Counted from the first letter of the stretch, positions 21,501 to 29,073 are shown. The stretch is DNA of 64,000 bases from an uncultured Cytophagia bacterium (GCA_964605145.1 CAZSBG010000006.1:28788-92787), one strand, 5' to 3'. Notes: generated by a model not told the origin, from the letters alone. Numbers and translations are program-made.

Positions 21501-23656
21501 GTTCCCTGCAATGGAGTTGGCGTATCCAGATCTCCGGTGGTTCCCCAGTCTGCAACCACTTCTCGAATGTAATTATCATACTGGTCGTATCCTGCAGCGT
21601 AAAGGGATATTTGATCATCCAGATTCAACATATAATCACCAACCTCGGAGCCCAAACCACCCGGATTATCCCGAATGACAATGTGATTCAATCCATCTGG
21701 TTTCACATTGAAATTATTCGAAACACCACTCTCGCCGGAGCCGGCTGCAGTGATTTTATTATCCGTATATTTTTTTGTGATTGTTAAATTTCCTGACCAG
21801 GTGCCTGCACTGAAATTTCCTGTGGAACCGGGGCTCAAAGAACCGGACTCATCCGTCAAACTGACCGCATTTGTAAATCCGGTCACTATATTTTCGTATG
21901 CATCGTTTGCTTCAATAGTCACCGAGAAAGGTGTTCCAGCAGTCTGCGGGCTGGAAATATCTGAAATTGAAAAATGATCCAGTGATGCCGGGTTCACATT
22001 AAAGCTGTTTGACGTTCCGTTTTTATCGCTGCCATTGACAATGATTTTATTACTGGAACCAGTTTTCGTGACAATCACATTACCATTCCAGCTCCCTCCA
22101 CTGAAACTGCCTGAAACCTGGGGAGTGAGTGTGCCTGTTAAATCACTCATCGCCACAGGACCGGCGTACGTTGGTATTGTATTCCCTTCTCTATCCTCTG
22201 CCGTTACAGTTATCGAAAAAGAATTACCGGCTGTTTGTGGTGTTGAAATAGCGTCAATAGTAAAATGATCTAACGCTCCCACTTGTACATCAAAAGCATT
22301 TGATGTCCCGGTTTCGCCTCCGCCGGATCGCTGAACGCTGATCTGATCATTGGTAAAATCGGCTGTAATCTTCACCTGACCGTTCCATTCTCCGCCGCTG
22401 AAATTGTCACTCTGATTGGGCGAGACTGTCCCGCTATTATCCGAAATATCTACTTTTCCGGTAAAACTTGTTACGGTGTTATCATAATTGTCCTGGGCAG
22501 TAACTGAAATGGAAAAATATTCGCCCGCAGTTTTGGGAGAAGAAATCGGCCCGATGTAAAATTTTGCCAAACTTCCGGGATTCACATTGAATAAATTCGA
22601 TGTGCCAACTTTGGAACTCCCGGATGCTGTAATGTAATTATCGCTCTGGCTTTCCGTGATTGTTACGCTTTGCGTTAATGAACCTGAGCTAAAAATATTT
22701 GATGTTTCGTTGAGCGAACCGGTAAGATCGGTCAACAATACAGTGCCAGTAAAACTTTCCACAAGATTCTCATACTGATCCCTCGCAGTAACTGTAATGC
22801 TGAATGACGTCCCGGCCGTTTTTGGACTGGTGATTGTGTTAAATGTAAAATGATCCAGGCCGGCAGGCAAAACATCAAATTCAGATGACATGCCGGATAT
22901 ATCATTATACGTGGCTGTAATTTTATTATTCGACCTGCTTTTAGTAAACGTCACCGTACTATTCCAGACACCTGCTGTGATGCTGCCGGTAGATGTTGGG
23001 CTAATAGTATCGGTTAAATCTGTCAGCGCAACAGAAGATGTATGCGACGTGACCGTATTGTCGTATGCATCCTGTGCGGTAATTGTGACAGAAAAATTTG
23101 AACCAGCCGTTGCATCGCCACTTGTACTGACATCAAAATGATCCAGCGCTCCGGCAGCAATTGAAAAATTTGGTGTATTCCCGTCATCGATATGGGTGTA
23201 TCCCTGGGTCATGGTAATAATTTTTACGCTATAATTATCCGCATCCGGGTTATTCCCCACAGTTCCGATACTGATTTCCACCTCGGTTGATGCCGGAACT
23301 TTTGTTCCGGTGCCATCACGTTCGATCATGACCGAGTCACCATTAACATATTGTATGGAAACACCGCCATTGATACTGCCATCCTCCGAATCGGCAATTT
23401 GAACGCCCGTGAGATCGAATCCCGACGGAAAAATTAATTTAATTTTGCCATCCACCGGGATGCCGTCATCAGCATTATTCCCTGTCGCTGAAGTTGTGAA
23501 AGTAAAAGTATAAATCGCGGACTCCCCGGCAACATTATCACTCAAACTTGTACTCATATTTGCTAGATCACCTTGCGCAAATACTATAGTTGCATTCCCT
23601 GAAAAAATGAGAATTATTACTATTACGATCCCTGCTCTCAGATGTCTTATCCTCAT
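15566..23656 (-). CDS. Giant (~2,696-aa) cell-surface protein with tandem Ig-like repeats and a C-terminal type-A T9SS sorting domain
   Basis: Signal peptide MRIRHLRAGIVIVIILIFSGNATIVFA (ATG at 23656; the track start at 23671 is TTG). At least five ~95-aa tandem repeats share the motif LDHF..ISSPQTAG..FS.TVTA.D.Y.N...F.G.V.L. The last ~90 aa (NYPNPFGE...VYVARISTGNGKSALIKIAVIK) match the Por_Secre_tail / TIGR04183-type CTD. Confidence 0.85.
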   Translation of the reverse strand: MRIRHLRAGIVIVIILIFSGNATIVFAQGDLANMSTSLSDNVAGESAIYTFTFTTSATGNNADDGIPVDGKIKLIFPSGFDLTGVQIADSEDGSINGGVSIQYVNGDSVMIERDGTGTKVPASTEVEISIGTVGNNPDADNYSVKIITMTQGYTHIDDGNTPNFSIAAGALDHFDVSTSGDATAGSNFSVTITAQDAYDNTVTSHTSSVALTDLTDTISPTSTGSITAGVWNSTVTFTKSRSNNKITATYNDISGMSSEFDVLPAGLDHFTFNTITSPKTAGTSFSITVTARDQYENLVESFTGTVLLTDLTGSLNETSNIFSSGSLTQSVTITESQSDNYITASGSSKVGTSNLFNVNPGSLAKFYIGPISSPKTAGEYFSISVTAQDNYDNTVTSFTGKVDISDNSGTVSPNQSDNFSGGEWNGQVKITADFTNDQISVQRSGGGETGTSNAFDVQVGALDHFTIDAISTPQTAGNSFSITVTAEDREGNTIPTYAGPVAMSDLTGTLTPQVSGSFSGGSWNGNVIVTKTGSSNKIIVNGSDKNGTSNSFNVNPASLDHFSISDISSPQTAGTPFSVTIEANDAYENIVTGFTNAVSLTDESGSLSPGSTGNFSAGTWSGNLTITKKYTDNKITAAGSGESGVSNNFNVKPDGLNHIVIRDNPGGLGSEVGDYMLNLDDQISLYAAGYDQYDNYIREVVADWGTTGDLDTPTPLQGTSTMFSPATPYTSGRIYADSVSVGADSTGTFTVGAIHHVLIRDADNGAGNVVTTRTISADETLTLYAAAYDEGNVYLGPAVVDWSSDSTLAPAVLWTGSTLDFSPSTAPAHGKILAVHATAENDTTGLITVNPGVPIGEIVLHPVPEIIPADPDSFSVVTSDTIRDSDNNPISSGEYFTVSTTLGTITTPDENPGIGGTQVVSDTAGQISFVVNAGVTGGTALVQANSVVRGSAVGDTSIIISGLEILSVSSDFDKVSRNQQNITVLMAVKNHGASNATIISDGAGLEFTGPAPGYSNRSGDYIVSRNDTISVLPGNGNKTLSFLVNVKSNALTDSIQIDGFINCRVNGSSVSDVAANETDKWLVQTPPSLQFLRVKADADTVTQGTNTIISARIQNNGDATAIVDSVRFSYSNLTPPILDVSDEYALVPYPTNPTSIAGHSLDSLFFTVTVGTNATLDSITIDGKVYASDENSELPYSDLNADTTDQWYVKQASDLEIVDFYPSQRTVTSGQAENWFLNMVIRNNGGAPLRLDSARVNFTYGGSDISSEYQMLYPDTFKTSGDSLLDAGLTDTLIVTVDETGTTIGSVTIGGTVYLNDMISGQIIKSKVTGVTVQAPGELVIDYIRTSQPEVTVNQSMPWQTIISLTNNGGGDIAIDSTHLNDFVSFGDDTNYVVSFPISFETLGFFKLPSGATDSLIFSVDTTGSVAGSRTIHVSVFAEEINSQEEKTAEDSTTIKVEMPADIRILKTVNIAPNAPYVDNNQVFQIAVLVQNQGEDAAQNIKMSLISDSTSTILNPVDSLEIVQGASTDTLKFNVQASSDWIWDEVFSASIDTAFAENTPTEPDKIFISPSVDSTDTVTVQRPGKFKIVSISPSQDTVRALSPFEWQIIVAVEDSGAGFIKLDPPNREDVSIIITGNEQDDYTIVAPLEFENNPNLTLSWNGADTLIYRVTSTGVLGGMAKIKLNLSGTYLNTNTTFQVADSGAVYVRPSADVFIDFTEPVCRNINQYDIGQVNTNQAFSVRSKIRNTGGEQVDNVLVSLTAPGYIIPSVNIDNILPSGEAIATFNVAAQSVATEQVKFTVRIESAISHGSGLPATIGGASDSTALVRVHDPALLKISINKEHSIYSIGQVAPFQVQIENLGTADVDASGELALFMPQNYFVVVDQQQKSSDTTSFEINETVEWQVVPPSYASSNDTIVAKISKPPLDENTGSFALIENTDPFDSLVVRTVPLELAVESFEISSPEGALDDTLSTLQNFWVQVDIMKSENITSANARLNLPAGYRFAPGTDSIKANVADVAGWELIAPENAHSNEKWIKVLVTGTVGGDEVTASDSISVVVENRATLLIDRAWISWPSTDSTLSMGQEFDLSAIVINSGDAPLEGAAYLSIDFGATGVTTEDDTVKPFQPDIPVTWRLLAPEVETLKAPIVVTINTIPKDVNTNEKAMVPTRSKYYYVQTQQSANAWIENLRIVSPVGAIDKILSTHQSFQIEADVSWFNCTGAPSVQLQLEGGFTTPESYPKLPVGVGDQGTVNWTITTPGGTIDDQHIWMKLTAQDANSRISFTRTSDSLEVDVVRRAEIQLKGKILSPASALDGIVSTNQNFVVSAYLSKTGDANILGNFNATLTLPEGQGYSIAQDLTQTAAYNDSLFWTITAPTSERDPSNIAIDLVSWPEDENSNLPVAAEAILLKNVSIPISAEEKSVTVSMLPTTTKNTIARGDTGVSMMGLELLASGDAFSNNILFTGVKIKLKDRFGVPVTNPAQVISRVCVVNNQQNNEVFGQITAIPTSNPIEILFSQIDTLKPEIENQVQFKVDIATTAEISDFQIAIDSVNSLYLYDEESGQTPKLKNVNGQTLEALNFESEPSVIIEADFDKAFSNYPNPFGEIGRPVTNFVYYLDEDTEVKIQIYTLIGELVWSRTYSELEPQGRKGLHDSDVIWDGRNGQGYKVLNGVYVARISTGNGKSALIKIAVIK
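15569..15850 (-). other. Type-A T9SS C-terminal sorting domain of the giant surface protein
   Basis: YPNPF ... IWDGRNGQGYKVLNGVYVARI ... K terminal pattern. Confidence 0.75.
21750..23160 (-). repeat. In-frame tandem coding repeats (~285 nt units, about five copies) encoding Ig-like domains near the 5' end of the giant gene
   Basis: Recurrent nucleotide and protein-level units (...LDHF.ISDISSPQTAG.PFSVT..A.DAYEN.VT.FT..V.LTD.SG.L.P...G.FS.G.W.GN..ITK...NKI...GS...G.SN.FNVNP..L). Confidence 0.7.
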
Positions 23657-23704
23657 TTGATGCTCTTCCAAAGTTTTTGTTCGTCAATTCTTTTTCATCT
23701 GTCT

Positions 23705-23874
23705 CTAACCTGGATTATTCATTGTAATTCATTAAGGAATCCAGATAGCCTAAATGCTGCTTAATTCAGAATTCGTTATATCAAACTCTGTTAAATTTCA
23801 TACACCTCGTTAATCTTTTTAATAACATTTATTTATATATGTTTAGGTTGAAATCTGTGAATAATTCAGGCTAA
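23705..23874 (-). mobile_element. MITE-like element copy B: 162 bp (23709-23870), inverted relative to copy A, flanked by CTAA direct repeats
   Basis: The reverse complement aligns end to end with 1499-1660. Its terminal inverted repeats are CCTGGATTATTCA ... TGAATAATTCAGG, with 4-bp CTAA at 23705-23708 and 23871-23874. Its end nearest the giant surface-protein gene lies about 50 nt upstream of that gene's ATG. Confidence 0.7.
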
Positions 23875-23889
23875 AAATCAGACTGCATG

Positions 23890-24399
23890 TTATTCTTTTT
23901 CGGGCAGAATTCTGTGTATTTTTTCCTGCTTTAAAACTGATCTTTCATCTTCTATTATTTCCACTGTTATTCTATAGTTATCGGCAGGTTTTAAAGGATT
24001 TTTTACAATCGCGAACTTGACATCCACTTTTTCATTCGGTTTTATTTCTCTTCCAAGCCCGGATCTTTTCAGCGTCAATATCTGGTCATTGACCTCAACG
24101 TCAAATCCACCATTCATTGTTGTTGAGCTGGCTATCATCAATTCTGATAAATCAAACTCCGCTGGAAAAGTGACATTCAATTTTGCCGTCGGCGAAATCG
24201 GTTTTTCGATTCTAAATTCAATTTTGTAAATCGATTTTGCACTTGATTCAGGATGTCTGGCAATCACATTGACAGTATCGGCAGGTGCAGCGCTCGCCAC
24301 ACTGGTGAAAAAATAAATTATTGTAATAAAAAATAGTATTGGGATGAATCTGGTCTTCCCTGTCTCAAACCTATGATATGTTTCAGAAAGATACATCAT
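23890..24399 (-). CDS. Small secreted protein (169 aa), paralogous to the N-terminal domain of the giant surface protein
   Basis: Signal peptide, then SIYKIEFRIE...KLNVTFPAEFDLSEL...NGGFDVEVND...RSGLGREI...VKNPLKPADNYRITVEII. This aligns with the giant protein's AIYTFTFTT...KIKLIFPSGFDLTGV...NGGVSIQYVN...RDGTGTKV...GNNPDADNYSVKIIT. There is no T9SS CTD. Confidence 0.7.
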   Translation of the reverse strand: MMYLSETYHRFETGKTRFIPILFFITIIYFFTSVASAAPADTVNVIARHPESSAKSIYKIEFRIEKPISPTAKLNVTFPAEFDLSELMIASSTTMNGGFDVEVNDQILTLKRSGLGREIKPNEKVDVKFAIVKNPLKPADNYRITVEIIEDERSVLKQEKIHRILPEKE

Positions 24400-24716
24400 T
24401 GTATATTCTCCATGTTAGATTGAAAAACATGATTCGCTCTAAAAAACTTGGTTATATAATTATATTGGATTATTTCCAGTGCGTGGGTGATTTTCATCAA
24501 AAAATTAAATAATACTATCCAAAAAAATTTTCTAAGTTCAGAAAAAATATAAAAAACATATTATTTAAATTTCTGAATTGCAAAAATTATACCGATGTTC
24601 ATAAAAGGTACTCATTCAATGAGGAAATATAAGAAGGTGAAAATGCAGACTTATTCCATCATACATTCATGTGATTTGCTTGCCATGAAAAGGAATAAGT
24701 CCTGCAATTTAATAAA

Positions 24717-25847
24717 TTATTTCAAAATTGCCCGAAGAAGTATTAAAAATCCTTTACCATCGTTCTCTGCTAATTTTAAATTCTTCTCAGCTTTTTTGAA
24801 ATCAGGATTAATTTTCAATGCCTGACGGAATTCTTCAAGCGCATTTAAGAACAGATTTCGACACTGAATCAAATAGACAATTCCCAGACTATTCCGCAAA
24901 TCTGCATAGTCAGGATTTTTCTGAATGACATCTTTCAGTTGTTTTGTATATTGCATGATGAATTCATCATCTTTACCTTTGCCGCCAAACATAAATTTCA
25001 GATAAAACTCATTCTCAAAATCGTAGCCCACAATATCTGATCGGTCGGACTCGGCAATTTCCAGTGCGTTCACTGCTTCATCTATATTTTCGTCATCCAG
25101 ATGTTTGAGAATAGTGTCAATATTTTCCGGTTTGAAAAACTGCTTTTTCTCTTTTATTTCTGTCAACAGTGATTTAATCTTTTCAAGACGAATCACTTTA
25201 TTGGGAAGATTTTCGTTCTCTTCAATGCCTTCAACAATTGTCTTCAAAAAAACCAGACAAAGATTGAACATGGCGACTACGTAATCCGAATTCAGTTCAA
25301 TCGCTTTTTGCAATTCAGAAATTGCTTCGGAATATTTTTCCTTATTTAAATATGCGTATCCTAAATTATTATGAATATCCGCATAGTCAGAATTGTATTC
25401 AATTCCTGTATTAAAAACGTCGATAGCCTCCTGATACAATTTCTCTTTTAAATACGCTCTGCCGAGATTATTATAAGCTTCTACCATTTCAGGATCGATT
25501 TCCAGAGCCCGCTTAAATTCGGAAATCGCCTCATCCACCATATTTTTGCTCAGGAAAACCATCCCAAGTTTGTTGTTGGAAACAGCGTGCTCTATCATTT
25601 TCACTTTATCTGAAATATAGAACAGCAATTCAATGTCAGAAATCATACTTTGGTGGAGCTTGTTCACTTCGAGCTTTATGTCCGAAATACCGATTTCATT
25701 GGATAGCTCTACACCTTTTGACACTGTTACTTTTCCATCATCAAATACGCTTGATACAACCTTTTCATTGGGTTCCAGGTATTGTGTTTGAATATGGAAT
25801 TTTTTACCGCCCGCCAGAATCTCGCTATTCAATCCAATATTTTCCAT
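24717..25847 (-). CDS. TPR-repeat protein
   Basis: Multiple canonical TPR units (AYNNLGRAYLKEKLYQEAIDVF, IHNNLGYAYLNKEKYSEAISELQKAIELN, LRNSLGIVYL...) with a short N-terminal beta-rich domain. Confidence 0.7.
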   Translation of the reverse strand: MENIGLNSEILAGGKKFHIQTQYLEPNEKVVSSVFDDGKVTVSKGVELSNEIGISDIKLEVNKLHQSMISDIELLFYISDKVKMIEHAVSNNKLGMVFLSKNMVDEAISEFKRALEIDPEMVEAYNNLGRAYLKEKLYQEAIDVFNTGIEYNSDYADIHNNLGYAYLNKEKYSEAISELQKAIELNSDYVVAMFNLCLVFLKTIVEGIEENENLPNKVIRLEKIKSLLTEIKEKKQFFKPENIDTILKHLDDENIDEAVNALEIAESDRSDIVGYDFENEFYLKFMFGGKGKDDEFIMQYTKQLKDVIQKNPDYADLRNSLGIVYLIQCRNLFLNALEEFRQALKINPDFKKAEKNLKLAENDGKGFLILLRAILK

Positions 25848-25934
25848 TCTACATCCTCAAAACGATTTACACTTTTATAACACTTAAGTTATCGGATAAT
25901 TATATTTGCACTTTAATGATAAATATCAAAACAT

Positions 25935-26417
25935 TTATTTGTTTTTAAACTTATCTTTGAGCCGAGTGTTCACCTCAGGGGTCACAAAACAACTTACATC
26001 TCCCTGAAAACTGGCAACCTCTTTTACGATGGTTGAATTTAAATAGGTGAATCTTTCATGAGGCATCAGAAACACCGTAACCAGTTCATCGGAAAGCTTG
26101 CGATTTACCAGCGCCATTTGAAATTCAAATTCAAAATCTGATGTAGCCCTGAGGCCGCGAATGATCGCTGTGGCTCCTTTTTTCAACGCATAATTCACCA
26201 GCAAATCATCAAAACTTTCGACGGTTACCTTTTCCAGCTTTGGAATGGACTTCTGAATCATGGTAATACGTTCATCAATGTTGAACAAGGGTGATTTAGA
26301 AGGATTGGTTGTCACTGCCACGACGACCTCATCAAAAAGCATGACTGCCCGTTTAATGATATCTATGTGACCATTCGTCACCGGATCGAACGTGCCAGGG
26401 TAAATTCCGATTCTCAC
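25935..26417 (-). CDS. coaD: Phosphopantetheine adenylyltransferase
   Basis: IGIYPGTFDPVTNGHIDII signature (T/HxGH nucleotidyltransferase); 160 aa. Confidence 0.9.
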   Translation of the reverse strand: MRIGIYPGTFDPVTNGHIDIIKRAVMLFDEVVVAVTTNPSKSPLFNIDERITMIQKSIPKLEKVTVESFDDLLVNYALKKGATAIIRGLRATSDFEFEFQMALVNRKLSDELVTVFLMPHERFTYLNSTIVKEVASFQGDVSCFVTPEVNTRLKDKFKNK

Positions 26418-26422
26418 TACGG

Positions 26423-26977
26423 CTACCTTTCTTGTAATAAAAATGTGACTGTTGTGTCACCAAAATTTTTCTCGTTTTTCTTTGATAATCTATTCGATAG
26501 TGATGAAATATTTCTCTTTGAGCTATGTTCTAAAATGAATAATCCACCTTTTTTTAGCAGTTCATTTTCTTCGATAAGCGTTATCATTTTCTCATAAACC
26601 CTGCTAAAATAGGGTGGATCAGCAAAAATTATGTCAAACTTTTCTTTATTCGTAATATTGTTTTTGAGATATTGAATGACATCTTTTTTAATAATTTGAC
26701 ATTTCTCCGAAAGCCCCACCAAATTTATATTCCGATGTATCAAATCAAGAGCTTGCCTTGAATTGTCGACTAAAACACTATACCGAGCCCCCCGGCTCAA
26801 TGCCTCGATGGATAAATTTCCTGTACCACTGAATAAATCACAAATTACAGATCCTTGAATATCGTCTCCAATATAATTGAATATTGACTCTTTAATTCTA
26901 TCAGAAGTCGGGCGAATTGAATTTCCTTTTGGACTAAAAAGAATCCTGCCCTTGTGTTTTCCGGCTATCACCCGCAT
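26423..26977 (-). CDS. rsmD: 16S rRNA (guanine966-N2)-methyltransferase RsmD
   Basis: VIAGKHKGR...LDLFSGTGNLSIEALSRGA...IFADPPY motifs. Confidence 0.85.
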   Translation of the reverse strand: MRVIAGKHKGRILFSPKGNSIRPTSDRIKESIFNYIGDDIQGSVICDLFSGTGNLSIEALSRGARYSVLVDNSRQALDLIHRNINLVGLSEKCQIIKKDVIQYLKNNITNKEKFDIIFADPPYFSRVYEKMITLIEENELLKKGGLFILEHSSKRNISSLSNRLSKKNEKNFGDTTVTFLLQER

Positions 26978-26993
26978 TCAAAGCTTTACCCCA

Positions 26994-27983
26994 TTAGATC
27001 ATTTGATAGAGTTCAATATTCAGAACAAGTGAAATATTGGAATCACTTAAATCGACATCATTAGCGATGAGCGAAATTTTCGTGAAGTTGATATTCACAT
27101 TTTCATCTATCACTTGTTGAAGAAAATTCAAAATATTGCTCTTTTTTCCAACTGCTCTGAATTTTATCGGTACAATTTCAAAATCGCCTTCGATTTTATT
27201 TTTCCCAGAGTCAAATTGCTTTAATGCCAGACCCGATTGTCCGCATAAACGCGATAACTGATTCTTCAAATCATTCGCATTTAAATATTTTGGTTCCTGA
27301 ATCGTACCAAATTCTCCCGCACCATCACCAACATTTACATTTCCATTCATCAATGCCTGGCGATATGGTCTTCCCATAATATTTCGCCTGTTACGCGACA
27401 ATATTTTCATTTCAGAATCATAAAGCTTCTGCTTCAAATTGCTGTTTACATCATTAATCGCTTTGTCATTATTGGCCAGGAACTCAACTAAAAATTTCCC
27501 ATCATTGTACGTGATCATGGTAAAATTTACATTTTCAGGAACTGTCGTGATAATATTACTTACAGTATTCACGCCTGTTTGAGATTTTCTCAATTTCTCC
27601 CGAACCGCAGGTGAAACGGTAGACATTGTTGCGGTTTCATTTTCAAGGCTCGATGTTTCTACTGTATCGTCAGCAGCAGGTTGCTCAGTTAAATAAGGGG
27701 AGGTTTCCGGTTCTTTATCCTTGCCTGAAAAAATCAGAAAATATCCCACGATGAATAGCAAAATAACACATCCAGCGATCAAAATATAAACAATTTTTTT
27801 AGATCCACCTCGGTTCATGTAGTTGGAGTATTCCGAACCATCTATCCCGCCATCGCTCATGTAATTCCCGCTCTCATGCTCCCCGACATCAGACTCAAAA
27901 CTGTCTTGGAAGTCTTTGTCTTTGTCGTTTTCTTCACCATCAAATTGATCCTGGTCATCTCCGATTAGATTAATATCTACCAT
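26994..27983 (-). CDS. Bitopic membrane protein, possibly PilN/PilO-like pilus assembly component
   Basis: Acidic cytoplasmic N-terminus, a single TM (IVYILIAGCVILLFIVGYFLIF), and a ~240-aa periplasmic domain. It sits directly downstream of a PilM-like gene. Only topology and context support the assignment. Confidence 0.3.
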   Translation of the reverse strand: MVDINLIGDDQDQFDGEENDKDKDFQDSFESDVGEHESGNYMSDGGIDGSEYSNYMNRGGSKKIVYILIAGCVILLFIVGYFLIFSGKDKEPETSPYLTEQPAADDTVETSSLENETATMSTVSPAVREKLRKSQTGVNTVSNIITTVPENVNFTMITYNDGKFLVEFLANNDKAINDVNSNLKQKLYDSEMKILSRNRRNIMGRPYRQALMNGNVNVGDGAGEFGTIQEPKYLNANDLKNQLSRLCGQSGLALKQFDSGKNKIEGDFEIVPIKFRAVGKKSNILNFLQQVIDENVNINFTKISLIANDVDLSDSNISLVLNIELYQMI

Positions 27984-28101
27984 GACCCCTCCTATTTAAA
28001 ATTAGTATACGTTTCTCTTAGAACCATCGAGAAAGCAGGTGAATCCTGCACCAAAAATATTCCTGTTGCCTTATTAATCATGCAGGAATAATTATCTATG
28101 T

Positions 28102-29073
28102 TTAACGTAATGCGGAACCTACACAGACGGTAAATGTTTCGGGACGTGACCATATATTTTCGTCAACACTGACATTTGGAGCAAATAGCAACCTTCTAAA
28201 CGGATTTACGCGGTCTATTCTTACATTATAATTATTTTGAAGATTTTCGAGTATATTGTCTTTAACCATATCGCCATATAAAAATATTCGATTTAAATTT
28301 TCGATATTTTCGCCCAATTTATTATCCAGTATTATTCTCCGCAGCTCCTTTGAAATAAATTTTGCGACTTCTTCTTCATCTGAAGATTCCAATGACTCTA
28401 TGTCAAGTCCTAACTTGGTTAAAGACACTTCCTGAGAATAAAAGAATTCTTTTTCCTCTATTATTGTGAACAATAGTCCGGTAGGATTAACTTCTATCAA
28501 TGCGATTATCTCACCTTCCCGTAAGTCGTAATTCACTTCTATCGCGCGCATTGCTGCAAAGACATCCAGATCAATGACCTTGACCTGAATTCTTCCATTT
28601 GCAAAAAGTTTTTTCAATTTGGAGATAAGCTTTTCTCGGACAGAAACGACCACCATTTCAGGCACAGAGCGTTTACCAGAAGGGGATAGTTTATGAAAAT
28701 CTACTATATATTCATCTTCAGGAGAATACGAAAATTCTTTCACTTCCCAATCCACCTGATTGATAATATCTTCCTCGGACAGGTCTCTGTCATAGGGCAT
28801 TTTTTTTATGAGCGTCATCAAACTTTCCAATGAAAATACGACATGTCGAGAATTTATATTGTTATCAATTATTATCTCAGATAATTCATTTCCTATTCTC
28901 GCAATTTTGTTTTCATCGCCCAGCGCTTCAATTGTCAATGGGGATTCAATTTTTGTCTGAACAATCTTATTAATTCGATATTGCTGATTGGTCGCACTAA
29001 CAACTTCAATCAGTTTAAGATTGTTCTTTCTCAAATGGATTCCTGTAATATTGCCATTTTGTTGTTCATTCAT
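28102..29073 (-). CDS. PilM-like actin-fold pilus assembly protein (divergent)
   Basis: Colinear with PilM: ITGIHL..LKLIEV at the N-terminus, VIDLDVFAAMRAIEVNY, ALIEVNPTGLLFTII, IFLYGDM, FTVCVGSALR at the C-terminus. The glycine-rich phosphate-binding motifs are substituted (IHLR for IDIG, EVNP for DIGA, YGDM for AGGG). Confidence 0.5.
   Translation of the reverse strand: MNEQQNGNITGIHLRKNNLKLIEVVSATNQQYRINKIVQTKIESPLTIEALGDENKIARIGNELSEIIIDNNINSRHVVFSLESLMTLIKKMPYDRDLSEEDIINQVDWEVKEFSYSPEDEYIVDFHKLSPSGKRSVPEMVVVSVREKLISKLKKLFANGRIQVKVIDLDVFAAMRAIEVNYDLREGEIIALIEVNPTGLLFTIIEEKEFFYSQEVSLTKLGLDIESLESSDEEEVAKFISKELRRIILDNKLGENIENLNRIFLYGDMVKDNILENLQNNYNVRIDRVNPFRRLLFAPNVSVDENIWSRPETFTVCVGSALR

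Noticed and set aside
15592-23141. Numerous 60-180-aa + strand ORFs inside the giant surface-protein gene
   Set aside because: They are antisense to a continuous 8.1-kb ORF with clear domain architecture. They reflect codon bias (Thr/Ser/Gly-rich sense strand) and are not genes.
24595-24825. 76-aa + strand ORF at the 3' end of the TPR gene
   Set aside because: It overlaps the TPR protein gene in antisense. It is AT-rich and lacks homology.
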